Shown here piece after piece: positions 21,306-29,469 of a DNA stretch of 64,000 nucleotides. Location: the IMG/VR virus record IMGVR_UViG_3300045596_000094, positions 128,001-192,000 of that record; one strand, 5' to 3'. Positions within the stretch are counted from its first letter, which is position 1; the number at the start of each line of letters is the position of its first letter. Both the position numbers and the translations under genes were made by a program. This stretch comes from a virus (Duplodnaviria; Caudoviricetes). Below the pieces are notes generated by a model that made no database searches, was not told the origin of the DNA, and saw only the letters and a list, made by a program, of their open reading frames with translations.

Positions 21306-21821
21306 ATGGGCCATGTGACTAGACAGCGTTTTGGTAAGAATACAGATACTCTCAATTTATTATTTGAGTTTGCCGCTAAAGTAGGTAGATGTAATAATGG
21401 TTGGGAGGTCGCTTACTTCATGCAGGCTTTCTACGACAATGTGTATGGTTTATCAGATAAGATGTATCTGGAGAACTATGAGCGCAAAGAAGTGAATAAC
21501 TTCAACCGCCCATTGTCGATGGTCAGTATGAATAGTCGTGAAGGGTTAAGTGAGTTCTCAGGATATCGAAGACGTTTAGTGGAATACATGTCCTTTAAAG
21601 TAAAAGATAATACTGGGATGAGTTTTCTTGAATGGATTAATTTACCAACATTCATTCTAGAGCAACTCCTTGGCGATTTAAGACTACAGTTCCAAGAGCG
21701 TGAAGCAGAAGCGGAGCGTCAAAAACAAGCCATGTTAGATCAAGCTAATATGGGCGGTGCTAAGGATCCGCATACCTTGGCAATGGAACAACTCGCTGGC
21801 GGTTCGAAATACCGAGCTTAA
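21306..21821 (+). CDS. Tail-chaperone 'T'-like ORF, probably made as a -1 frameshift fusion with 19609..21273
   Basis: GMSFLEWINLPTFILEQLL resembles GT-type C-terminal helix-turn-helix; weak SD; in -1 frame of upstream gene. Confidence 0.55.
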   Translation: MGHVTRQRFGKNTDTLNLLFEFAAKVGRCNNGWEVAYFMQAFYDNVYGLSDKMYLENYERKEVNNFNRPLSMVSMNSREGLSEFSGYRRRLVEYMSFKVKDNTGMSFLEWINLPTFILEQLLGDLRLQFQEREAEAERQKQAMLDQANMGGAKDPHTLAMEQLAGGSKYRA

Positions 21822-21843
21822 ACAAAAAAAAATAATTGAATAA

Positions 21844-21873
21844 ATAGACTAGAGCCCTAGGGCTCTAGTCTAT
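21844..21873. terminator. Bidirectional terminator; perfect 30-bp CTAG-centred palindrome
   Basis: ATAGACTAGAGCCCT|AGGGCTCTAGTCTAT between convergent genes. Confidence 0.75.
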
Positions 21874-21876
21874 GCT

Positions 21877-22188
21877 TTATGGGTTTAACCCATCTCCAAA
21901 TGTGTGGTGTACAAAGTATTCACCACAAAGTAATTCTGCCGTATCAAATCCGCAACTATCGATAACCATTTGTTGGAATTCACCAGATAAGTTAACATCT
22001 GTAAACTCTGGGCCATAATTATCGTTACAGATAAAGTGGAGATCAACAACTTCTTCTGTAGGGAGAGTAATTCGAATATAACCGCCAGTACCGATGCTTA
22101 CTTTTAAAAGGTGTTGATATAATGTCTCGGAAGATTCCCAAGCTGTTATTGTTTCTGATCCCATTGGGTTTTTGATAGTAGTAATCAT
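21877..22188 (-). CDS. Hypothetical early protein (103 aa, acidic)
   Basis: TAAGGAAA SD; hairpin-bounded cassette. Confidence 0.6.
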   Translation of the reverse strand: MITTIKNPMGSETITAWESSETLYQHLLKVSIGTGGYIRITLPTEEVVDLHFICNDNYGPEFTDVNLSGEFQQMVIDSCGFDTAELLCGEYFVHHTFGDGLNP

Positions 22189-22229
22189 GTTAATTTCCTT
22201 AAAGGGTTTGGTTATTTAATATATGATAA

Positions 22230-22259
22230 AATGATTAGATCTCTAGAGATCTAATCATT
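22230..22259. terminator. Perfect 30-bp CTAG-centred palindrome
   Basis: AATGATTAGATCTCT|AGAGATCTAATCATT between tandem genes. Confidence 0.65.
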
Positions 22260-22267
22260 AAGTTATG

Positions 22268-22444
22268 TTATTGCTGTTTGAATTTCGATGCAGCAACAAA
22301 TCCAGCAGCAGCCGCACTTACGACAGCGATCACAATACCTGCGATCTTTGCTGCAATAACTGTCTTGGTTGATTTTGGTACAAAAACTGTTTCTGGCTCT
22401 TGAGCTGTGTTTTCAGTTTGGTTTTGAGTGTTTTGAGTATTCAT
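22268..22444 (-). CDS. Small C-terminally anchored membrane protein (58 aa; not in ORF track)
   Basis: MNTQNTQNQTENTAQEPETVFVPKSTKTVIAAKIAGIVIAVVSAAAAGFVAASKFKQQ; TAAGGAA SD. Confidence 0.7.
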   Translation of the reverse strand: MNTQNTQNQTENTAQEPETVFVPKSTKTVIAAKIAGIVIAVVSAAAAGFVAASKFKQQ

Positions 22445-22488
22445 GATGAATTCCTTAAAGTGAGTTTAAATAGTTTGTTACGTAAGAA

Positions 22489-22514
22489 GAATAGGAAACC
22501 TAGGTTTCCTATTC
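22489..22514. terminator. Perfect 26-bp CTAG-centred palindrome
   Basis: GAATAGGAAACCT|AGGTTTCCTATTC between tandem genes. Confidence 0.65.
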
Positions 22515-22521
22515 GGTATGA

Positions 22522-22812
22522 TTAAGCCTCTACAATTGCTTTAAGTATAGTCGCATAACGTGGGGCGTTAATACCCATTCCGAAAGAGGTGGTCTTTCTT
22601 AAAACATTCCCTGTTTTCGTGTATCCGCGTTTTACTAACATGTTAGCACACCAGTAATTAAATGCGGTAGACGCTACAATCGTCGTAGTAGTAATTGTTA
22701 GCGCTGCAGCTTTATTTCCTTTGCATGACTGCAAAATCATTTCGCCAGTTGCTTTGTCAGATTCAACAACAACATTAACTGTAGTAGCGATGATATTTAA
22801 TAAATTTTTCAT
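22522..22812 (-). CDS. Small putative membrane protein, paralog of 22892..23198
   Basis: MKNLLN...CKGNK...hydrophobic segment...KRGY; TAAGGAAA SD. Confidence 0.65.
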   Translation of the reverse strand: MKNLLNIIATTVNVVVESDKATGEMILQSCKGNKAAALTITTTTIVASTAFNYWCANMLVKRGYTKTGNVLRKTTSFGMGINAPRYATILKAIVEA

Positions 22813-22851
22813 GATGTGTTTCCTTAAAGAGTTTGGGTTGTGTGTTAATGG

Positions 22852-22881
22852 TATACTTGACAGCCGAAACTGTCAAGTATA
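22852..22881 (-). terminator. Terminator hairpin
   Basis: TATACTTGACAG-CCGAAA-CTGTCAAGTATA. Confidence 0.65.
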
Positions 22882-22891
22882 AATTTCATTT

Positions 22892-23198
22892 TTATTTGTC
22901 AGCGTAAATCGATTTGATTGTATTTACATGTACATCGATCTGAATCATTGATCCAGTTAGAATTAATGTGTCTAGAATTTGTGCGGTTTTCTTATAGCCG
23001 CGTTTTTTTCAACGCTCGAGAAACCAATACGTTTGATGCTGTTTGAATAGCCACCATGCTAACGTAGGTAGCGGTCGCTAAAGATTTATTACCTTTACAT
23101 ACGTTTAATAATCCTTCTGCACAGAGTTCGGCATCAACTTTACGTAATTCAGCTACGTTAGAGATAGTATTGATTGCTTTGTTGAATAAGTTTTTCAT
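22892..23198 (-). pseudogene. Frameshifted paralog of 22522..22812 (extra A in an A7 tract)
   Basis: Removing one A at 23003-23009 restores ...LKKRGYKKTAQILDTLILTGSMIQ...YADK*, matching the paralog's LVKRGYTKTGNVL. Confidence 0.7.
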
Positions 23199-23253
23199 AA
23201 TGATATTTCCTAAATGGGATATAAAAAGGTTTATTAAATAGGATTCGTTTTCC

Positions 23254-23296
23254 TATTCATAATGGTAATGTGTAAGTGAAATATTTTTAAATGAGA
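23254..23296 (-). promoter_or_regulatory. Putative early promoter
   Basis: TACAC-ATTAC-N5-TGAA with upstream TCTCATTTAAAA element. Confidence 0.7.
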
Positions 23297-23342
23297 TTTT
23301 TCACATGCACTTAGAGCCCGTAAGCTCTAAGTGCATTATGGT

Positions 23343-23468
23343 TTATTTAAATAACTTTGTCAATAATAAAAAGAAAAGATTTCTAACTCTATTTTCACGC
23401 ACATAAATGCGGATCACTTCATCACTCAACTCATCGGTATAATCTTCCGCTTTGTTATCGTTATCCAT
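23343..23468 (-). CDS. Small hypothetical protein (41 aa; not in ORF track)
   Basis: MDNDNKAEDYTDELSDEVIRIYVRENRVRNLFFLLLTKLFK; AAGGA SD; bounded by hairpins at ~23305-23336 and ~23526-23551. Confidence 0.45.
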   Translation of the reverse strand: MDNDNKAEDYTDELSDEVIRIYVRENRVRNLFFLLLTKLFK

Positions 23469-23556
23469 AAAGACATCCTTTCCCTTACTCATAAGAATTC
23501 AAAAGAAAAATATCTAAAGGTTAAGAGAGAAAGACCCGAAGGTCTTTCTCTAAAGG

Positions 23557-23892
23557 TCAAATGATGTCGCCATTATCAAAGATAAGAAACAGAGTCCAAA
23601 GATCTTCCAGACCCCCTAAGCGATGAAAAGAATCTTTTACGTGCTCGGGTCGTTCATTGCCAGTGTAGTCTTCCAACATTACTGCATCCGCAATCAAAGG
23701 TTCCAACCATTGTTTGATAACCTCATAAGTGTCACTTTTCTTTGGACGCAAAGTATGAGTTTCACCATTGACTGAAGTGACCACGATCTTTTTCGTGGAA
23801 ACTTCCCCACGCTGACAGATCATATCGATCACTTCCGAAGTGACCTCTACCGCTTTATGTCTAGCTAAAAGTACCTTTTCACGTTTTAACAT
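23557..23892 (-). CDS. Hypothetical protein (111 aa)
   Basis: Coupled to upstream ORF; followed by hairpin. Confidence 0.55.
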   Translation of the reverse strand: MLKREKVLLARHKAVEVTSEVIDMICQRGEVSTKKIVVTSVNGETHTLRPKKSDTYEVIKQWLEPLIADAVMLEDYTGNERPEHVKDSFHRLGGLEDLWTLFLIFDNGDII

Positions 23893-23895
23893 TAT

Positions 23896-24405
23896 TTATT
23901 CACCCATACAACCATCAATACTAGAACGAAAATAACAAGGATAGATATAATTACCCAAAACCGAGACACAGCCGCGCTTTCCTGAAGTATACGTGGTGGT
24001 AAAGGTAAATGCTGTTTCGTAATTATAAGACCCTTCGTTAACCAAAGGAGGGAACTCTATCTCCTCTGGCTGTTCAATCTTTTTTATCGGAGGTTCTCCC
24101 AACTGTAAAAGATCCACACGATTAACGCCCAGTAACTGACGTATTTCTTGAGGTGTATGTGATTGGAACATTCGCACCCCATTTACATACACCGGTTTAC
24201 CCGTTAATGCATCGTACATGGTTTGTGCTTTCACCACAATTTCATCGGAGTCTTCAGGGTCTTGGATCAGTCCTTTATCAGAACTCCACCACCAACCTTT
24301 AAGATCATGTTCAATTCCACGCAATTGAATTTCCTTCATAAATGACATAGTGGCAACAAAACCACCTTCGGCCACAATCACCATTCCACCTAATAACTTT
24401 GACAT
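23896..24405 (-). CDS. Hypothetical protein (169 aa)
   Basis: GGAG SD; operon context. Confidence 0.55.
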   Translation of the reverse strand: MSKLLGGMVIVAEGGFVATMSFMKEIQLRGIEHDLKGWWWSSDKGLIQDPEDSDEIVVKAQTMYDALTGKPVYVNGVRMFQSHTPQEIRQLLGVNRVDLLQLGEPPIKKIEQPEEIEFPPLVNEGSYNYETAFTFTTTYTSGKRGCVSVLGNYIYPCYFRSSIDGCMGE

Positions 24406-24422
24406 TCTTTCTCTCCAGATAT

Positions 24423-24812
24423 TTATTTAGCTACATTTGTTAAAGATAGACCCAGCTGTTTACAGATTGCAACAAGTTTTCGTTTCTCTGTACTGTTCGC
24501 AGCCTTTGTACGGATACGTGCCATGAGTTGTGTGAGGCTCATAAAGCTGAGTTTACTTAAAGTCTTATCCATCCATCCAAAACGGATTACAATTGTCTCT
24601 ATGATCTCTAGATCGCAATCACGACCTCGGAGATAATCTTCTATTTCTTCTAAGATATCTGCTTGGCGGTAATATAAGGGTTTGTACGTTACGCGTTTAT
24701 CCGACGCTGCGGCTTGAAACAAGAAAGAGATAGACCGTTCAATAAATACATAACGACCTTCTTTATCAATACCTTCGAATACGCCATTGATTTCTTTTAC
24801 TGATTTTAACAT
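24423..24812 (-). CDS. Hypothetical protein (129 aa)
   Basis: AGGA SD; operon context. Confidence 0.55.
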   Translation of the reverse strand: MLKSVKEINGVFEGIDKEGRYVFIERSISFLFQAAASDKRVTYKPLYYRQADILEEIEDYLRGRDCDLEIIETIVIRFGWMDKTLSKLSFMSLTQLMARIRTKAANSTEKRKLVAICKQLGLSLTNVAK

Positions 24813-24874
24813 TTAAATATTTCCTATATTGGATAAAGCATAAGTAAAACGGAAGGGGATTTCTCCCCTTCGCG

Positions 24875-27472
24875 TTATACCGTGATTCTTAAGAAACGGT
24901 TTTGGTGTGATTTCACCTTGCCGTTAAATTGTAACTTCTTCTCTTCATGATAAGCCATATGCTTACGGATATCAGAACAGATTAAGTAATAGAACTTAGG
25001 GGTTTGACCAGGGTAGTTTTTCAATACCCGTAATCGCCCTAAGACTTGCAGATTGGTTTTTTGACTTCTAAGGTTAGTTGTCATGAGAGAAGCAATCAAA
25101 TCCTCTAAGTCAAAACCAGTACCAAACGATTGCACTGTTGTAATCAATACATTCGCTTGTTTCGCTTCATCGTAGATATCCCCAGCCGAAGCTGCGTATC
25201 TTGCAAAACTAACATTTGGATATGCCTTCTCTAATACCTTCCATATAGCCGTAGCCATTTCCACTGAAGATACAAAGATACATGCCCGTTGCTTATCCTT
25301 ACGAATACTGAGGTACTCTTCCCGTAACCAGTCCACCATGATCTGAGAATAGGCTGCGAACATCTTCCTATTCTTGAGGATATAATCCTCGTAAGCATTG
25401 TGACTGTAATCGGTACTACCGCGATGTGATGTCTTTACCTGATCAGGCTTTTCAAGCGCGTACATCAATGAGTAAACATCGATGTATTTCAGATATTCCA
25501 CTTCAGGAGAACGAATCTCTTTCGGGAACATCACCGCTAAAACTCTGTCAAGGAAAGTACCATCTTCCAACGTAGCGGACAAGCTAAATGATTTACCTAC
25601 GTGTAGATAGAGCTCCTCTTTGAAATTCGCCCACAACGATAAGTGAACCTCATCCTTAATACGTGAACCAATATCAAAGAGCTCATACAGCTCATGTGGA
25701 CTACATGGGTAAACCCCATCTAATTCACCATTAAACTTTTCATACGCTTCAATGAAGTTAATTAAAGTTCTAGATGAACAGATAAACACCTTAACGTCAT
25801 CGAGTAACCCTGCTTCCACCATCTGCATGGCTTTCTTCAGGTCTTTAGAGCCCTGGATGTAAACCACTTCTTTCGAAGGATCTATATCAACAACTTTCTT
25901 CTTACCATCAAAAGCTTCTGACCAAAGGTTAAAGAATCGAGCTTCAATACTCACTAGGATCTTCCCACCAATGCGACAAGCGGCGGATAAAGCACAAAAT
26001 GTGTTGTGGGTTACAACAAAGTTCGTAGTAACATACAGGTGTTCAGGGTGATCAATAGCGATACAGGTGGTCTGATCTCTACCCACCAATTCAACCGAAC
26101 GAATATTTAACTTCAAATCTTTCGAGTATTGGTTATCATCGTTGATTCTTTCAGCTTTCCGAGGAAGACTGAAATATTGGGAAGGTTTCTGAGAACGAAC
26201 TAGAATATTCCATGACATTCTACCAGCCCTAGTTTCACCCTTATACGTAAAGTTCTTCTTCTTCGGAACCATAGTGCAGATATCACCAAGACTATGTGCC
26301 AGATAACGAAATTGGTCAGCCATTATTTGCGATGTTGTGGTAAATGCCATCTCACCACTTTTACCGACATAACCATCGGTATCCATCAAACCTTGTATAA
26401 GCGCTAAGCGAGCTTCGTACGGGGCATTCATGTAAACCTCAGGAATAACCTTCTCCCAAGCTCTACATCCATGCATACCTAATTCCTTAAGTATATTCAA
26501 TAGTGGGTTATTACCCCGTGGTAGTGTGTCTCGGTTCGCCCTAATAGCGTAAGCATTGCGAGAATCATCGCGCTGTAAGTAATACCCTAGATCCTCAAGT
26601 GGTTTTCGACACCTCTCAATAACCTCGATGTCTAACTTACAAATCGAAATACTACCGGTCGTTATTGCGCCGTCACCTAATAATACACCCACTAGGTATG
26701 GATCTAGTGGGAGATCACCGTTATGGAAACCTACGAATGGTTGCTCTATAAGAGGAACGTATACTCGTGGATTAGGCATCGAAATCAGCCGTTTCACCTC
26801 TAGAGTATCAACGACTCTCCATCTGCGATGAGGTACTGTGTTCACGTAATAGACTTTCCATAAATGTTGCGGACAACATTTAATCGTTCGACCATCGTAG
26901 AAACTAACATTATAAACATCAGTTTCTCCTTGAGGATAAACACCTATTACATTAGACACCGTTCCATCTGGACAAATGACCTTATCACCCACCTGCATGT
27001 CACCCATTCGCTTCCATCCAGTCGGGGTCAATACCAACTCTGAGTTGATACTTGCTTTCCCTTGACCGGTTTGAAGGTTTAGGATCTTCGTCACCCCTTT
27101 ATCGACCATATAGTCAATCAAGGGAATCTGATTCTCACGAGCTACGAAGCCAGGCATGAGCTTCAAATCCACCGGGGTGAATTTGTATAGCTCGGCATTC
27201 TCTTCGTCGTAGGTAAGTCCACGACTATCCATTAAAGTTTTGAACTCCGCCAGAGAGTGGATGTGGAATCTCCACTCTCTTTTGTTGTCCGTAAAAGCAG
27301 CGTATATTTTCTTCAGCGTGGGCGCTGGGGGTTTCTGCCCAAACGCCCGAGCCTTATACACACCACGGTAATCATAATCTGCCAAACGAAAGGCAAACTC
27401 TTTGATTGCTTTATACTGCCACCCATCGTGACCAGTGACAGTAAAGAAGTGAGTATAGGAGGTTATTAACAT
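24875..27472 (-). CDS. SF2 (UvsW-like) DNA helicase, phiKZ gp75-like, intein-containing
   Basis: Walker A LQTGQGK^T split by intein, DEVH, SAT, QVLGRLR. Confidence 0.85.
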   Translation of the reverse strand: MLITSYTHFFTVTGHDGWQYKAIKEFAFRLADYDYRGVYKARAFGQKPPAPTLKKIYAAFTDNKREWRFHIHSLAEFKTLMDSRGLTYDEENAELYKFTPVDLKLMPGFVARENQIPLIDYMVDKGVTKILNLQTGQGKASINSELVLTPTGWKRMGDMQVGDKVICPDGTVSNVIGVYPQGETDVYNVSFYDGRTIKCCPQHLWKVYYVNTVPHRRWRVVDTLEVKRLISMPNPRVYVPLIEQPFVGFHNGDLPLDPYLVGVLLGDGAITTGSISICKLDIEVIERCRKPLEDLGYYLQRDDSRNAYAIRANRDTLPRGNNPLLNILKELGMHGCRAWEKVIPEVYMNAPYEARLALIQGLMDTDGYVGKSGEMAFTTTSQIMADQFRYLAHSLGDICTMVPKKKNFTYKGETRAGRMSWNILVRSQKPSQYFSLPRKAERINDDNQYSKDLKLNIRSVELVGRDQTTCIAIDHPEHLYVTTNFVVTHNTFCALSAACRIGGKILVSIEARFFNLWSEAFDGKKKVVDIDPSKEVVYIQGSKDLKKAMQMVEAGLLDDVKVFICSSRTLINFIEAYEKFNGELDGVYPCSPHELYELFDIGSRIKDEVHLSLWANFKEELYLHVGKSFSLSATLEDGTFLDRVLAVMFPKEIRSPEVEYLKYIDVYSLMYALEKPDQVKTSHRGSTDYSHNAYEDYILKNRKMFAAYSQIMVDWLREEYLSIRKDKQRACIFVSSVEMATAIWKVLEKAYPNVSFARYAASAGDIYDEAKQANVLITTVQSFGTGFDLEDLIASLMTTNLRSQKTNLQVLGRLRVLKNYPGQTPKFYYLICSDIRKHMAYHEEKKLQFNGKVKSHQNRFLRITV
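26003..27055 (-). mobile_element. Class 3 intein (351 aa) with LAGLIDADG/DOD homing endonuclease
   Basis: Starts with Ala (ASINSELVLTPTG); block B HLW, block F TTCIAID, block G VVTHN followed by Thr; endonuclease motifs LVGVLLGDG and IQGLMDTDG. Confidence 0.88.
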
Positions 27473-27500
27473 TTGACTGCCCTTTTAAATCCGATATCGC

Positions 27501-29468
27501 TTAACCCCTTAGCAATTTATTGAATGGGTGAACCATTCGATGCTTGATGATATACGTATCAATCTTCGAGAAGAATGATGAGTAATGGTTTTCATAAGCC
27601 ATTGCTAAAGCGCTGTCACGACTAGCCATAATATCATTATAAGGTACTAGCTTGCCTTTGGTCTTATCTCTTGGAATACGATAATCGTTATTCTTCGGAT
27701 CTTCAGCCATAGCAGCTACTACTAATAATTCAATGTGGGCTATATTCACATCTAAACGAGAACGAACCAAATGCCAGAGCTTATTGATTGCCTCTGCTGG
27801 GGTTTTACATGCGGACAGTGTACCTTCACCAGAAGATGTTAATACACGTTTAATTTCCTGCATGTGTGCCGGCGTACTATACTGTACCATTGGCATATCC
27901 ATGATCGGATTTTTGAAGTTCCAATCAGATAAGTCAACGATATAATTCCCATCACTATCCACTTTGTTTTTACGTGAACGCATGTAGGTTAGGAACTCAG
28001 CTGTAAAGTACGCTCTACGCGATTCAGTACTGGTACCAATTTCGTAGTGGCGAACGATCGTATCGGCACGTGTGATAATGAAACGTACCGAAGTCAGAGA
28101 AGTTAAACGCATCGGACTAAGGGTATCGATATCATCTAGGAAGAAGATCTCCTGAATCTTAGATGCCTCTTTCTCTCTGAAGATGATCTCCAACTTCCCA
28201 TTTATTCCTTTCAGACGTTGACTTAGTAAGAACTTAGAAGAATCTTTCATATTCTCTAAATAGTCTAAATCCTCACCTCTAAAGACAAATGGTTCTACAG
28301 AAGCAGAACCTACCAAGTGTTTATTAGATAGAATGTTCTGTGTCACTTTCTTCTGCATGACCGTTGCAGCGATATGTCCAATATTATCACCAGGCATTAT
28401 CGAATCAGTCAATAACCCGTAGCAGCGTTCACAAACACCGTACCGATCACCCAACTTACAAAAAGCAGATGAACGCACGTTAATGAACGTACCACGTATG
28501 TTACGATCATCTACTGGGATGAGTTTTTCAGTATCATCATTCGGATCCAAATACCACTTACCACTAAGGTCTGTTGGTTTCTTACCCTCAGGGACATAGA
28601 GCGGCAAATACTCCTTAGACCCACAATCCATTCCCACGTGTACACGCCAGATTACTTCACATTCCAATTGGAGTTGTCGAGTTAAGTACTCCGAATCCTG
28701 CATTGCTTTGGATTGATAGAAGATCGACATAGCAGCTGTACGAGATTCCATTAATAAATCTTCCGGCTGCGTCAGACGAGATACGAAGCTGTCCAATACT
28801 GGATGGCGGAACATGTGGGAATCCACATCAGTGATGAAACCGTTTGGCCCGATACACTTATTAAACTGAGCAGGTTTAATCGATCTAGAACGATGAGCAA
28901 CTACCAAAGGAGAATCCTCAATACTCTCCTTATTTTCCATGGTGGTGTTAATTACCTTATAGACACGACTGATATCGGCAGGGATAACCCGTTCCTTAGA
29001 ATGGATGTCCACCAAAGCTTTATGAATATCTTCATCGTGCATGATATCAATATAGTCCATGATATTAATGGACATGACCATTTCTGGCAAATCGCGATAG
29101 AACTCAAACAACTGATCTGCAATCGTGTACATTCGATGAGTGATCACCGTTGTATCGAACGCTAGACCTTTCGCTTTGCACAATGTAAAACAGTCCCAGA
29201 AGATCGAGTTCATGATCTTGTCAGGTGTACTCGGAACAAATTCATCCTGGTCGGACAAATGATGTTCCATTTTGATAACAGATATAGGGAACTGCGCATA
29301 GAGTTCCCAGAGAAAACGGGTATAGATCATTTCACGTGTGGTGGAATATATTTCCCCATCATCGCAAACCACCCAGAACCCATCCACATCTGGTAACCCT
29401 ACTGTGAATTCTTCCAGCGGGATCTGGATTAAATCCCGCGCATTATACTTACCGTCTAGTACAAACAT
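27501..29468 (-). CDS. Non-virion RNAP beta' subunit, C-terminal part (phiKZ gp74-like)
   Basis: ESRTAA...SEYLTRQLQL bridge helix; DCGS...RSSAFC...VCERCYG Zn site; TQNILSNKH trigger loop. Confidence 0.85.
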   Translation of the reverse strand: MFVLDGKYNARDLIQIPLEEFTVGLPDVDGFWVVCDDGEIYSTTREMIYTRFLWELYAQFPISVIKMEHHLSDQDEFVPSTPDKIMNSIFWDCFTLCKAKGLAFDTTVITHRMYTIADQLFEFYRDLPEMVMSINIMDYIDIMHDEDIHKALVDIHSKERVIPADISRVYKVINTTMENKESIEDSPLVVAHRSRSIKPAQFNKCIGPNGFITDVDSHMFRHPVLDSFVSRLTQPEDLLMESRTAAMSIFYQSKAMQDSEYLTRQLQLECEVIWRVHVGMDCGSKEYLPLYVPEGKKPTDLSGKWYLDPNDDTEKLIPVDDRNIRGTFINVRSSAFCKLGDRYGVCERCYGLLTDSIMPGDNIGHIAATVMQKKVTQNILSNKHLVGSASVEPFVFRGEDLDYLENMKDSSKFLLSQRLKGINGKLEIIFREKEASKIQEIFFLDDIDTLSPMRLTSLTSVRFIITRADTIVRHYEIGTSTESRRAYFTAEFLTYMRSRKNKVDSDGNYIVDLSDWNFKNPIMDMPMVQYSTPAHMQEIKRVLTSSGEGTLSACKTPAEAINKLWHLVRSRLDVNIAHIELLVVAAMAEDPKNNDYRIPRDKTKGKLVPYNDIMASRDSALAMAYENHYSSFFSKIDTYIIKHRMVHPFNKLLRG

Positions 29469-29469
29469 T

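Noticed and set aside
21844-22881. Regularly spaced palindromes as a CRISPR array or integron attC sites
   Set aside because: The palindromes differ in sequence, the intervals are 250-390 bp protein-coding genes, there are no attC core sites or extrahelical bases, and no cas or integrase gene is present in the window.
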